Shown here: positions 1 through 10,136 of the stretch, one piece after another
How positions within the stretch are numbered: position 1 is the stretch's first letter
How the letters are laid out: each line of letters starts with the position of its first letter
Source of the DNA: Candidatus Kaiserbacteria bacterium
Lineage (GTDB): Bacteria > Patescibacteriota > Minisyncoccia > Phycocordibacterales > UBA918
Assembly (NCBI GenBank): GCA_016204695.1
Contig: JACQKD010000014.1
Location: 18,562 to 82,561, forward strand
Direction of reading: 5' to 3'
Length of the DNA: 64,000 nucleotides
Notes under the pieces: model-generated
Told to the model about the DNA's origin: nothing
Databases searched by the model: none
The model's input: the letters and a program-made list of their open reading frames with translations, nothing else
Position numbers and translations under genes: made by a program

Positions 1-1
1 C

Positions 2-229
2 CGGCCGGAGCAATCGATTGTCGTTGTCACTCACGGCTACTTTCTGCGCACCATGGTGGCTCGCGTGCTTTTCGTGGATCTTCTGACGGGGGAACTGCAT
101 AGGAGTTTTCAAAGGCATGCCGACCACGAGAACACCGGATTGACCGTACTTCGCTACCATGGAGGTTTCGAAGAAGAGTCGAGTTGGCACTTGTGGATGT
201 ATAACGATCACGCGCATCTGGGCGAGTAG
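2..229 (+). CDS. Histidine phosphatase family protein, C-terminal part (runs off window start)
   Basis: Manual translation of frame 2: ...IVVVTHGYFLRTMV...HENTGLTVLRY...WHLWMYNDHAHLGE*; the THG motif and N-D-x-x-H-L tail are typical of this family; TAG at 227-229. Confidence 0.75.
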   Translation, partial: RPEQSIVVVTHGYFLRTMVARVLFVDLLTGELHRSFQRHADHENTGLTVLRYHGGFEEESSWHLWMYNDHAHLGE

Positions 230-275
230 CGAGCCATTCTCCAGACCCCCTGTGGAGGTGTATAATCTCCGGTAT

Positions 276-683
276 ATGACAATCACTCTGTGCGGGTCGA
301 TGAAATTTAACGACCGGTTTCTTGAGCTTCAAAAAGAGCTTGAAGCGCTCGGACACACGGTGTTGATGCCGACCGCGGTACCGGGGGTAGACTATTGGGA
401 GGAAGACGGCACAAAGCGTCAGGAGGCAAAGAAAGCTCTGCGGCTCGTCGAAAAACACCTCGACAAGATCAACGAATCGGACGCGATTCTTGTCGCCAAT
501 TACACGAAGGACGATACGGAAAACTACATCGGTGCGAATTCTTTTCTCGAAATGGGATATGCAAAATATAAAGGCAAAAAGATCTTCGTACTGAACCCAC
601 TGCCGGACCAACGGTATATCCGCGACGAACTCGTCTCCTTCGAGCCGATCGCGCTTAACGGTGATCTGTCGTTGATTGTTTGA
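276..683 (+). CDS. Nucleoside 2-deoxyribosyltransferase-like protein
   Basis: MTITLCGSMKF...KINESDAILVAN...YIGANSFLEMGYA; start moved to ATG 276 downstream of TATAAT. Confidence 0.6.
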   Translation: MTITLCGSMKFNDRFLELQKELEALGHTVLMPTAVPGVDYWEEDGTKRQEAKKALRLVEKHLDKINESDAILVANYTKDDTENYIGANSFLEMGYAKYKGKKIFVLNPLPDQRYIRDELVSFEPIALNGDLSLIV

Positions 684-689
684 ATATAC

Positions 690-1337
690 ATGGGAAAACA
701 TTTCATTCTTTTTGATTTCGACGGGGTAATTCTTGATTCGTACAAAATCGCGTTTGCGGCGCAGAATGTTGTGTGTCCGGATTGCACCGAGGAACAATAT
801 CGCCAGCTGTTTGAAGGTAATATATTCGAGCAGATCAGCATGGGGTCAATACATACCAACCGCTGCCACCATGCGGACTTTTGGGATCATTACATTCCTC
901 AGCTTAAAGACGAAGGCACGCTTGTCCCAGGCATGGACGCGGTCATTTCCGCGCTTGCAGAAGTACATCGAATGATCATTGTCTCATCCGGCCAGACGCC
1001 GTTTATCGAAAACTTTCTTGCGGAGAACGCATTGCTCGAATATTTTTCTGCAATCTTGGGTAATAATGTACATAAGAGTAAGGAGGAAAAGATACGGATG
1101 GTATTCGAAACACATGGTGTCAGTGCTTCGGATTGCGTCTTTGTCACCGACACGGTTGGTGACGTACGAGAAGCCGATAAAATGGGCGTGGGCGCCATCG
1201 GCGTGACGTGGGGGTACCACGAGCCGGAGCGTTTCTCAAAGGTTGACCATTTCCGGCTTGTGCACACACCGGAATCGCTTCCGTCGGCTATCGACGACTA
1301 TTTCGCACGTACACAGACGTCAGTTTCTATCAGATAG
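690..1337 (+). CDS. HAD-superfamily hydrolase (phosphoglycolate phosphatase-like)
   Basis: FDFDGVILDS motif I; FVTDTVGD motif IV; GVTWGY. Confidence 0.85.
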   Translation: MGKHFILFDFDGVILDSYKIAFAAQNVVCPDCTEEQYRQLFEGNIFEQISMGSIHTNRCHHADFWDHYIPQLKDEGTLVPGMDAVISALAEVHRMIIVSSGQTPFIENFLAENALLEYFSAILGNNVHKSKEEKIRMVFETHGVSASDCVFVTDTVGDVREADKMGVGAIGVTWGYHEPERFSKVDHFRLVHTPESLPSAIDDYFARTQTSVSIR

Positions 1338-1350
1338 GTAATTTTGTTTT

Positions 1351-1821
1351 ATGGATATAGAAGCACTGCGACAATTTCTCATCGATTCGAACAAAGCCGG
1401 CTACGCTACGGGGGAAGCGAAGGAATGGATCAAGGAGCAAGATGGTTCGACTACCATTCCATTTGTACTGGGTGAATGGAGATCACACGATAACTTTTTC
1501 GGTGGCGAACCGTATGGCGGCAGGGTAGTGGTGTTTTATGCAGAAAAGCCGGTATGGATGATGGTCTACTACGGCTATGTAATGGAAGGGATTGCGGTAG
1601 ATCCGGTATACAAAATATTGCGTGCGGCACTCATGCAGATGCCGGATGAACACCCGTATCGCGGACCGAAAGAATATCGTGACGGAACGTACCGATATCA
1701 AAACATATGGGAAGGGACTTTGAAGGATTTCTCCGGGAAGGAGAAGATTTTTGACGGAGAGGCGCTGATATACGAGGCCGACTATCGCGGCGGCCTTGTC
1801 GACCGGCGAAGCGGGCTCTAG
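1351..1821 (+). CDS. DUF5680-like conserved hypothetical protein
   Basis: D-x-FFGGEPYGG, PVWMMVYYG, PYRGP and Y-x-GG motifs. Confidence 0.65.
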   Translation: MDIEALRQFLIDSNKAGYATGEAKEWIKEQDGSTTIPFVLGEWRSHDNFFGGEPYGGRVVVFYAEKPVWMMVYYGYVMEGIAVDPVYKILRAALMQMPDEHPYRGPKEYRDGTYRYQNIWEGTLKDFSGKEKIFDGEALIYEADYRGGLVDRRSGL

Positions 1822-1834
1822 AAACTACCTCTCG

Positions 1835-2359
1835 CTACACTTTCTCGAGTTGTTTCTCCAATTCTTTTTCAATCTCATCGCTTTCAAGCTCCTTGAGCAT
1901 CTGCCCCACATCGGCATCCGTCGATATGTCAATGCCGTTTTTCTTCAACAGAAGCGTTTGCAGGTAGATCAGCTTGGTGATCTCGCGTTCCGCGTAGGTA
2001 TTGATATAGAGCTCGACTTCTTCGCGAAGTTCGGCGACCTTCGCCTCTCTGTTTTGCGATATGAGCACGATGATCGCCAGAAAGATCGCCTCAAGCGACA
2101 CGATCATGGTGAGCAGACCGAAAGGAAACGGGTCAAAGAGCGGGACATCCGAAAAGAGGCCGATGTTCGATGCGATCCACAGCATGAAAAAAAGCGCATT
2201 GAGACAGAGAAATGAAATGGTACCGAAAATCCCGGTCAGCGAGTCGGCGATTTTGTCGATTAAAGAGCGCCGCTCATTCGCCTTCGCCTTAAAGCTTCTG
2301 ACGACATTGCGGGTGCGCAAGGTACCGCTCGCTGGCGGGATATTTTTTGTTCGAGCCAT
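1835..2359 (-). CDS. DUF1003 family membrane protein
   Basis: IADSLTGIFGT...FDPFPFGLLTMIVSLEAIFLAIIVLISQNR; start moved to MARTK at 2359. Confidence 0.85.
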   Translation of the reverse strand: MARTKNIPPASGTLRTRNVVRSFKAKANERRSLIDKIADSLTGIFGTISFLCLNALFFMLWIASNIGLFSDVPLFDPFPFGLLTMIVSLEAIFLAIIVLISQNREAKVAELREEVELYINTYAEREITKLIYLQTLLLKKNGIDISTDADVGQMLKELESDEIEKELEKQLEKV

Positions 2360-2422
2360 GCGGCCATCATAGCATCCCGCACCGATAGAAAAGAGGGAAG
2401 GAGTGGGATATACTGTTCTTGT

Positions 2423-3376
2423 ATGAAACAGGTCGGCACGATTCTCGGACTTGTCATTATCCTCTGTATTCTCGTCGTGGGCGGCTTCTATGCGTACACA
2501 TGGATGAAAAAGAGTGCGCAAACACAGCAGGACGCCTCGTTGCAGACTGATGAAGGGAAAATACGCGCGCTGGTCGAGGAATTCGGCACACAGCTCCAAC
2601 GTGTCGATCTCTCGCAGGAAGAGGGTGTGGCGGAAGTGATCAAGGAAGCATATCAGCCGTATCTGTCGTCTCGCTTGCTTACGGACTGGGCGAACGATCC
2701 GCGGGAGGCCCTCGGGCGTCGCGTCGCGTCGCAATGGCCGGATCGAATCGAAGTCGAGAAAGTCCAGCAGACGACAAAAATCACATATCGTGCATTCGGT
2801 ACGCTTGTCGAAGTTACGAATGAAGGTGGCGGCATCGGCGAAGCGCCAATGGAGGCCTTGCGGCGGCCGATTCAGATGACACTGCGCAAAGAAAAGGATG
2901 ACTGGCGCATCGCGCGAGTGGACATAGGTGCGCATGCGAGCGATGGTAATTGGGTACAATCACCGGTGGCGGCGCAAGGGGTCACCTTTTTGTATCCTGA
3001 TCCCCTGCCGACCGTGTACATCGAAGCGGGGACGTGGCCGCCTCTCGTCGAGCTTTACTCCGGTACCTTTGCATGTGTCGAGGGTACGAAGACCGATAGC
3101 GGTGGACGCGAACAAACGACCGAGCGGCGGCGTATCGGAGATCGTATCCATTGCATGACGCTCACCGCGGGGGGAGCGGCGGCCGGTAGCACCTATCCGA
3201 CGTATGAATATATCACCGCGCAAGACGACGCTCTGATACGCATCGTGTTCACGCTTCGCATTCCGCAGTGCGCCAATTACGATGAGCCCAAACGAACCGC
3301 CTGCTTCACCGAAGAAGAGGAGTTCGACGCCGACGGTCTCGCCGACCGCATCGCCGCAAGCGTCCACAAACCGTGA
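2423..3376 (+). CDS. Exported/membrane-anchored hypothetical protein
   Basis: N-terminal TM helix; PQCANY...C cysteine pair near the C-terminus; TATACT just upstream of ATG. Confidence 0.7.
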   Translation: MKQVGTILGLVIILCILVVGGFYAYTWMKKSAQTQQDASLQTDEGKIRALVEEFGTQLQRVDLSQEEGVAEVIKEAYQPYLSSRLLTDWANDPREALGRRVASQWPDRIEVEKVQQTTKITYRAFGTLVEVTNEGGGIGEAPMEALRRPIQMTLRKEKDDWRIARVDIGAHASDGNWVQSPVAAQGVTFLYPDPLPTVYIEAGTWPPLVELYSGTFACVEGTKTDSGGREQTTERRRIGDRIHCMTLTAGGAAAGSTYPTYEYITAQDDALIRIVFTLRIPQCANYDEPKRTACFTEEEEFDADGLADRIAASVHKP

Positions 3377-3377
3377 A

Positions 3378-3953
3378 TTAACGTCTGTCAGCCCACCATA
3401 CCTCGCTGTTGGGATCGATCGTTACAGATATCGAATACGGTCGGAGTATCTTTTCGACTACAGTGCCTACGATTGCATAATCGTGCCCGCAGAGCAGTCC
3501 TTCCGGAGCAAGACGGCGGAGCCACGCTTGTACATCGGCGGTCACTTTTTCCGGACTGTGGTCTCCGTCGATAAAAACAAGTGCGCACGATTCTGCAAGA
3601 TTCTCCGCGACCGCGACCGAATCGCCGCGCAGGACGGTCACGTAGTCGCGCAATCCGAACTCGATGCTGTGTTTCTCAAACACCTCCTGCAGTTTTCCGC
3701 CGCAATCATGTACGACGCCAACCCCCGGCGTTCCTTTAAATGTATCGACCGCATATACGCGCAATCGCTTCTTGATGATTTGTTCGGCAATCGAGCAGAG
3801 TGAACGTCCCTGCCAGACACCGACTTCAACGAGCACACTCTCGTCGGGTATCTGTTCCGCAAGACGCCGGTAGGCCGCAATGTCATTCGCGGAAAACCAT
3901 CCGCAGGGAAGACCGAGATCGCAAGACGGGGGTACTTCAAGATCAATATTCAT
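3378..3953 (-). CDS. Class I SAM-dependent methyltransferase (Methyltransf_24-like)
   Basis: VEVGVWQGRS, VFIDGDHS and GLLCGHDY motifs. Confidence 0.85.
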   Translation of the reverse strand: MNIDLEVPPSCDLGLPCGWFSANDIAAYRRLAEQIPDESVLVEVGVWQGRSLCSIAEQIIKKRLRVYAVDTFKGTPGVGVVHDCGGKLQEVFEKHSIEFGLRDYVTVLRGDSVAVAENLAESCALVFIDGDHSPEKVTADVQAWLRRLAPEGLLCGHDYAIVGTVVEKILRPYSISVTIDPNSEVWWADRR

Positions 3954-4007
3954 GGTTTCTTCTTATGTGTGCGGGAGACAGCCAAATCGCTGTCCCATTC
4001 CAACGAT

Positions 4008-4841
4008 CTACGCATCAAGAACGATCGTCTCGTCATGAAAGGTAAATCTCACTGAATCGGGGAATATTTCCATCTTGAGCGCTTCTCCTTTTTGCACTCC
4101 GTCCGCAAGACTCGTAATTTCTTTGTTGAAAAAAATCTTGAGTGCCGAGTCAAGCCACTCGCCATGCGTGGTGATGATCACTTTTTCATTGGGAGCCGCA
4201 CCGCGCTCGTCGAGCGCGGCCTCTCCGCGCTTGCGTGCGATGTCAGCGAGACGCAGAAGAAACACTTTTATTTTCTTTTTGTATTCTTCGCTATTTTCCG
4301 CAAAAGGGATTTCTTCTCCTCTCAGCCACCCCAGATACAGGTCGGGACCCGCCTCCAACACCTGCCCGAAGGCGGCATCCATATCTCTTTTATAGGCCGC
4401 TTCGATCTCGGCATCGGTCCCGTCTCCCCGGCGGTCATAGATATCCCGTCGCTCGTTCTTGTCAGTCTTGTCTTCCTCGTCTCTGTATAGCTTCCAATTC
4501 CGCGTACTGTTTTTAGCTCCCTTCAGATATTCGACAGTATGCCCTTTCGCCTCCAGCGCCTCGGTGAGCACTTGCGCGCTGTTTTCCGCCCGGACGCGCG
4601 GACTACTCATCACGTACACCGCATCATTCGGCTCAATTTCGTCATTAATCTGCTCAGCCAGACGTTGCAGTGATTTGACTCCTTCTTCAGTCAGGTCATG
4701 CTCTACCACTTCGGGAGATCCGCGTTCTTCTCCATAATTGGTAGTGCCGTGACGCACCAGATATACGGTCGCGTAGATTGCAGGTGCGTGTTCCCTTGAT
4801 TCATGCGATTCACCTTCCGGTTTTTCCATACTGAAAGCCAT
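4008..4841 (-). CDS. Histidine phosphatase family protein
   Basis: YLVRHG, SSPRVRA and IITTHG motifs. Confidence 0.8.
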   Translation of the reverse strand: MAFSMEKPEGESHESREHAPAIYATVYLVRHGTTNYGEERGSPEVVEHDLTEEGVKSLQRLAEQINDEIEPNDAVYVMSSPRVRAENSAQVLTEALEAKGHTVEYLKGAKNSTRNWKLYRDEEDKTDKNERRDIYDRRGDGTDAEIEAAYKRDMDAAFGQVLEAGPDLYLGWLRGEEIPFAENSEEYKKKIKVFLLRLADIARKRGEAALDERGAAPNEKVIITTHGEWLDSALKIFFNKEITSLADGVQKGEALKMEIFPDSVRFTFHDETIVLDA

Positions 4842-4859
4842 GTTTTGTATATGTGTACC

Positions 4860-5828
4860 TTATGCTTGTAACGCCGACAGTCGCGCGTCGGCAAAGATGA
4901 AATAGGGCTGTATGAGTTCGTGTCGTTTGATATGGGTGAAATAATAGCCCATCACGAATGCATTATACGCCTCGTAAAAATCCAATATTTCCTTGGGCGG
5001 CAGTGTTCTTTTGCGCCGATACGTATCATACATGGCGCCGGCAAGCTCGTCTCCGCCGAATATCCGGACGCAGGCCGCAATACGCGCGGTGGCAAGCGCG
5101 TGATCCACTATGCGGAACGCAGGCATCGGCCAGTACACATCCATGAACACCGGTTTGTTTTCTATGAAGACGATATTCGCCGAATGGCCGTCAATCGTGA
5201 CGGAAGCCGAGCTTTCGGGAAGTTTCTTAAAATAAGGATGCGATGCGTGGAAGTGCACCAGTGCGTTCGCACGACTATCGGTCACCTCCTGCGATATCCC
5301 GCTCGCACTCCGGGCAAAGTCTCTGAAGTTGGACAGGCGGGCAATCATACGCTCGTAGACACTCTTGCCGAGCTCTCGGTTTTGCTCATCGAAATATTTC
5401 TCGTTCGCTCTATCGAGATTGATTAAAAGCTTTTCAGTTATCCGTACCACATCCTCCTTCGTCACTTTCTTGTTCCAAAGACGATTGATGAGCGTGTCGT
5501 CGGCATCGATTCGATTCATCAAAATGAAAAAATCATCCGCAGTATTATGCTCCGAAGGTTTCCAGCCGCCGTTGATTTCCCGCATGCCTTCAAGAGACGT
5601 ATAAATCTCCGGAGCGAATAGATTGTTCCAGGCAAAATCGGCGCGATAGAAATTCTTTCTCTTTAGAGGATCTACAAAATCACCGACAGCTTCGTCCGAT
5701 ACATGCTTGGTCACCTTACGTCCAACATCTTCATACAGGAAAATATCAGAGAGCCATGTCTCTATATGGCGCTCGGGCTTTGGAATGCCGTCTACCAGAC
5801 CCTCCTTGAGAGCTTCCGCCAACTGCAT
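4860..5828 (-). CDS. Aminoglycoside-phosphotransferase/kinase-like protein (COG2187-type N-terminal domain, degenerate)
   Basis: HIETWLSDIFL, N-x-x-FAPEIY, DGHSANI and VFMDVY resemble the ETHISxVF, NxRxAPxxY and HGDLHxxN motifs of this family. Confidence 0.55.
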   Translation of the reverse strand: MQLAEALKEGLVDGIPKPERHIETWLSDIFLYEDVGRKVTKHVSDEAVGDFVDPLKRKNFYRADFAWNNLFAPEIYTSLEGMREINGGWKPSEHNTADDFFILMNRIDADDTLINRLWNKKVTKEDVVRITEKLLINLDRANEKYFDEQNRELGKSVYERMIARLSNFRDFARSASGISQEVTDSRANALVHFHASHPYFKKLPESSASVTIDGHSANIVFIENKPVFMDVYWPMPAFRIVDHALATARIAACVRIFGGDELAGAMYDTYRRKRTLPPKEILDFYEAYNAFVMGYYFTHIKRHELIQPYFIFADARLSALQA

Positions 5829-5869
5829 GGAGAAAAGTATACAGGAAAGCAGATGGTACAAAAATACAA

Positions 5870-5903
5870 CAGCCCGAGCGTCGTGAGGAACGACGTCGGG
5901 CTG
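5870..5903 (-). terminator. Putative intrinsic terminator hairpin
   Basis: CAGCCCGAGCGTCGT/ACGACGTCGGGCTG inverted repeat, followed on the minus strand by TTGTATTTTT, downstream of 5944-6561. Confidence 0.55.
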
Positions 5904-5943
5904 GGGAGGGGAAGGAGCAGGAGGTAGGATTGGTGTCGAAAGC

Positions 5944-6561
5944 CTAGGTAGTAGTCAACGGCCGCAGAGTTCGCAGATTGACGAGGTGGCCGTCGCGAAT
6001 GTCGAGTTTATATCCCGCACATTCGTCAAAAGAAATACTTGAGAGGATATGGTCGGCGTTGGGGCTGTCGGCCGCCACGCATCCAAATGCGGCGATCAAG
6101 ACGGCGTGTCCAACGACAAGGATTTTGCAGTTCTCATCGAGCGCCAGATGTTTGATCCATTCTTTAACAACACGCCACGCTTCGCGCGCGTGTTCGTCAA
6201 AAATGGGGCCACTACGCCTACGATAAGCGGCAAGTGGTTGATAGAGCAACGCTTCGAAGGTCTCTCCAAGAACGTCGTTGAATCTCGTACCGGGAATCCA
6301 GCAGAGTTGTGGCAAAACGATAATAGGATCCTGACAGACATACCCTCGAACAAACTGGAGGGTTTGTAGCGTCCTCACCATTGGTGAGGACAAAGACAGG
6401 TCAAAGTGAGGGTACCCAAACAAGGCTCCACGTTCGAGTGCTTGTCTCTGACCCAATGGAGTCAGGCACCTTGCTGCCTCTACTTCATAGGGCGACCCGT
6501 CAGGTACCTTTTCTGCATTGCCGTGGCGAAGGACAAAGAACTCCATTGTCCATTCCTTCAT
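5944..6561 (-). CDS. Histidine phosphatase family protein (SixA/PGM-like)
   Basis: VLRHG, LTPLGQRQA, SSPMVRTLQT and LVVGH motifs. Confidence 0.8.
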   Translation of the reverse strand: MKEWTMEFFVLRHGNAEKVPDGSPYEVEAARCLTPLGQRQALERGALFGYPHFDLSLSSPMVRTLQTLQFVRGYVCQDPIIVLPQLCWIPGTRFNDVLGETFEALLYQPLAAYRRRSGPIFDEHAREAWRVVKEWIKHLALDENCKILVVGHAVLIAAFGCVAADSPNADHILSSISFDECAGYKLDIRDGHLVNLRTLRPLTTT

Positions 6562-6653
6562 AAAAGATTGTGGTACACTTGGCCAAAAGCGGCCGGTTCC
6601 CCTGAGGATTTATTACCATATTTTATATCTTCTGTCAAGCTAAAAACAAGCAT

Positions 6654-9600
6654 ATGACCGAAAATATCAAACTGTTTTCAGAGATTTCCAAGGACGATGC
6701 GGCGAGTGCCGGGGGGAAGGGTGCGTCGCTCGGTGAGATGACACAAGCGGGGATACCGGTGCCGCCGGGATTTGTGGTACTCGCTGGGGCATTCGAGCAG
6801 TTTCTCGAGGAGACGGATCTGCTTGCGGAAATAGATACGATTCTCCATACGGTACAGAAAGAAGAGATGCATACGGTGGAACATGCATCCGAGAAAATTC
6901 AACAGCTTATCTTGGAAGCCAAGATGCCTGCCGACATTGCCGCAGAAATCGAGAAACAATTTAAAGGGCTGGACACCCCGTACGTCGCAGTCCGATCAAG
7001 CGCGACCGCCGAAGACAGCTTGAGCGCCGCGTGGGCGGGACAGCTCGACAGTTATCTCAACACGACTGCCGATACGCTTCTTCAGAATGTTCAGCGCTGT
7101 TGGGCGTCACTTTTTACGCCGCGCGCTATCTTCTATCGTTTCGAGAAAGATCTGCATACGACGAAAATCTCCGTCGCAGTCGTCGTGCAGAAGATGGTCG
7201 AAAGTGAAGTGTCGGGCATCGCCTTCTCGGTGCATCCGGTGACGGAGGATCGCAACCAGCTCATTATCGAAGCGGGCTTCGGCCTCGGCGAGGCGATCGT
7301 GTCGGGACAGATCACGCCGGACAGCTATGTGGTCGAAAAGAACCCGCGCCGCATTATCGATGTCAGTCCAAGCACGCAGAGCCGCGCGCTCTACCGGGCG
7401 GCAAACGGCGGGAATGAATGGAAAGACATTGCCGAGCCGGAGGCATCCTCGCAGGTGCTTACCGAAGAGCGGATATTGGAACTGGCCGGACTGATTCTCA
7501 ACATAGAAAACCATTACGGTTTCCCCTGCGACATCGAATGGGCGTTTGAAAAAGGGACCTTCTATATTGTCCAAAGCCGCCCCATTACGACACTTTCTTC
7601 CGCATCCCAGGCCACCTCTTTGCCCTTGTCTCTTGATCCGAAGAACTACACCTATGTCGGTTTATACAAATCACCGCCGTCCGCTCTTTGGTATTGGTCA
7701 TCCTGGTATGACGCCGAGCTATCTAAAGAACTGGATATCCCCGAAGAGTTCGAGGCATATTTCGGATTGCGCGGGGGGTACAACTGGTGCCTAAAGAAGA
7801 CAGAGGAAGGTTTTAAAGAATTGGTTGCGGCCAAAGTGGAGGCGGGCGATGTCGGGTACTTCGATTCGATCTATGCGACGCTCGACCGGGAATTCGAGCA
7901 TGCAGAAACATTTGCTAAAGCCCTCGGCACGAAAGTCGAGCGCACAAGCTACGAGGAGTTGGTGGCGCATGGCCGCAAGCTCGCATTCTTCTGCTTTATC
8001 AACTGGCAGATTTCGCAGCAGTTCGATCCTATTTTTAAAGATGCAGCACAAAGTGCCGGGATCAGCGAAGACGCCATACAGAGCTATGTACCCCTCCCCA
8101 AGACGCGTTTGAATGAGCAGCATGACGACGTCGTGGAAATAAAGAAGATGATCGAGTTGAAGGGTCTGTGGGAGCTTCTCAAAGAAGATGCGACCAAAGC
8201 TATATCGGAAATGCAGTCCGATTCGGAGTTGCAGGGACGGATAGACCGCCATCTCAAGACATATGCGTGGCTCAATATCCAAAATTGGATCGGCGAGCCG
8301 CTGACACTTGAAAAGCTCCTGGAGCAAATGACGCTCATTACCTCACACGAGGCAGATCCCATCAAGGCTGCTCCGTCTGGATTCGAGAAATATGTACATA
8401 TCGCCGAACGGATCGGCAAGCTGCGCAATGCCGGGATCGAGGACTTCTCCATCTATATGCACGCCGTCATGCCGCATCTCGAGCAACTTGCAGAACGCGC
8501 AGGTATCACGTACCGAGACCTTCTTCTGCTCACGCCGCTTGAAGTATTTTCCGGAGATTCGCTTGCAACGGATATGCGCGAGAAAATCTCTCGTCGACAA
8601 AACGACAATTGGTGCGTCTATCCGAATCTGGAGACCCGAAGCGTGGAGATAACCGACGACACGGAGGTGATCGCCAATATCGCCGAGCGCTTCTTGCCGA
8701 AGGTCGAAGTCTCCGAGGATGGCAGTATCAAAGGACAAGTGGGTAACAAAGGGAAGGCGATCGGTCCTGTTCGCGTCATTATTGCCACCGATGATTTTCA
8801 TAAGATGCGACCGGGAGATGTGCTTGTCACGCCGATGACCACGCCGGACTTCGTACTCCTCATGCAACAGGCGGCGGCAATCGTGACCGACATGGGCGGA
8901 TTGCTCTGTCATGCGGCAATCGTCTCGCGCGAGCTCAATAAGCCCTGTGTGATCGATACGAAGTTTGCGACACAGATTCTCCGCGACGGCGATATGGTGG
9001 AGGTCGACGCCGACAACGGCGTCGTGCGCCCGCTTATAAACGAGATCACCACCATCGACTGGGAACTGTGGATACGCAGGCAAGATCAGCCGCCATTTCT
9101 TATTTCACTATGGATGCCGATGGAAGGACCGATGATGGCGTCCCGCATTGGCGGAGGATTTACAAAACAGCTCTGCTTGCGATACGCCGACGACACCTTG
9201 TGGATCCGCTCGTCTTCGGACATGAAGCAACTGATGCGGAATATTCGAGAATTTCTCGCCGGTCAGTCTTCGGGTGCTCTGGCAACATTGTTTGCGACTG
9301 CAGATACAATCGCAGAACAGACTCCGGAGTTTATGAAAGAAGTACAGAGGTACCCGGAAGAAAAGTTACTCTCCGATTTTGAGTCGCTCATCAAACGTGT
9401 GGTGGAGATAGCGTTCTATACCACTTCGATGCCGTATTTCGCCATGGAGGCAATCGGCACAGATGAGGTCGAGATACCCAATGCGGAGCAGATACGCACC
9501 GGAGCCGAGAAACTCCGCGCAACGTCCTTTTACGTCGAACTTAAGACAAAAGTACTCGACCGGATAGTCCGGGCATTCGCCAAGAAATATACTATCGACG

Positions 9601-10136
9601 CACATTTGGTGTTCTCCATGACAGTGGACGAAATGCGCGAGACAATGAAAGCCGGTATGCTCGCTGTCGCCTCAAGTGAGCTGGTATCGCGAGAAAATTG
9701 CGCCCATTGGTACATGGGCGACAAAATAGTTTTTTCGACCGATCCGAAACTGATGGAAACGCTCCGAAACAAAGTCATCGACGTACCGGATGACGCGAAA
9801 AGCACCCGGTCCGTCAAAGGCGCTGTCGCTTTCCCCGGAAAGGTGACGGGTACGGCGCGGATCGTCATGGTGCCTGCAGATATGGCGAAAGTACGAAAAG
9901 GAGACATTCTCGTGGCGCCGACGACCAATCCTACGCTTATGCCCGCGCTTATGACTTGTGGCGCGATCGTCACCGACGAGGGCGGCATCGCAAGCCATGC
10001 CGCGATCGTCTCGCGCGAGCTTCGAAAGCCCTGTGTCGTGGGCACCAAATACGCGACACATATCATCGCCGAAGGAGATACGGTGGAAGTCGACGCGGAT
10101 CAAGGTATAGTGAGAGTATGCCTACCAAGTACATAA
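6654..10136 (+). CDS. PEP-utilizing dikinase-like protein: ATP-grasp (PPDK_N) domain plus two tandem [variable domain + phospho-His swivel] modules
   Basis: GGKGASLGEM, VAVRSSATAED, GLGEAIVSG, DIEWA and QSRPIT in the first ~315 aa; swivel motifs GGLLCHAAIVSRE (His753) and GGIASHAAIVSRE (His1115); no C-terminal pyruvate-binding barrel. Confidence 0.85.
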   Translation: MTENIKLFSEISKDDAASAGGKGASLGEMTQAGIPVPPGFVVLAGAFEQFLEETDLLAEIDTILHTVQKEEMHTVEHASEKIQQLILEAKMPADIAAEIEKQFKGLDTPYVAVRSSATAEDSLSAAWAGQLDSYLNTTADTLLQNVQRCWASLFTPRAIFYRFEKDLHTTKISVAVVVQKMVESEVSGIAFSVHPVTEDRNQLIIEAGFGLGEAIVSGQITPDSYVVEKNPRRIIDVSPSTQSRALYRAANGGNEWKDIAEPEASSQVLTEERILELAGLILNIENHYGFPCDIEWAFEKGTFYIVQSRPITTLSSASQATSLPLSLDPKNYTYVGLYKSPPSALWYWSSWYDAELSKELDIPEEFEAYFGLRGGYNWCLKKTEEGFKELVAAKVEAGDVGYFDSIYATLDREFEHAETFAKALGTKVERTSYEELVAHGRKLAFFCFINWQISQQFDPIFKDAAQSAGISEDAIQSYVPLPKTRLNEQHDDVVEIKKMIELKGLWELLKEDATKAISEMQSDSELQGRIDRHLKTYAWLNIQNWIGEPLTLEKLLEQMTLITSHEADPIKAAPSGFEKYVHIAERIGKLRNAGIEDFSIYMHAVMPHLEQLAERAGITYRDLLLLTPLEVFSGDSLATDMREKISRRQNDNWCVYPNLETRSVEITDDTEVIANIAERFLPKVEVSEDGSIKGQVGNKGKAIGPVRVIIATDDFHKMRPGDVLVTPMTTPDFVLLMQQAAAIVTDMGGLLCHAAIVSRELNKPCVIDTKFATQILRDGDMVEVDADNGVVRPLINEITTIDWELWIRRQDQPPFLISLWMPMEGPMMASRIGGGFTKQLCLRYADDTLWIRSSSDMKQLMRNIREFLAGQSSGALATLFATADTIAEQTPEFMKEVQRYPEEKLLSDFESLIKRVVEIAFYTTSMPYFAMEAIGTDEVEIPNAEQIRTGAEKLRATSFYVELKTKVLDRIVRAFAKKYTIDAHLVFSMTVDEMRETMKAGMLAVASSELVSRENCAHWYMGDKIVFSTDPKLMETLRNKVIDVPDDAKSTRSVKGAVAFPGKVTGTARIVMVPADMAKVRKGDILVAPTTNPTLMPALMTCGAIVTDEGGIASHAAIVSRELRKPCVVGTKYATHIIAEGDTVEVDADQGIVRVCLPST

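Noticed and set aside
6654-10136. Calling the large ORF ppsA (PEP synthase) or rph
   Set aside because: It lacks the C-terminal pyruvate-binding barrel of PpsA and has two swivel domains; the middle domains are not recognisably the rifampicin-binding domain by eye
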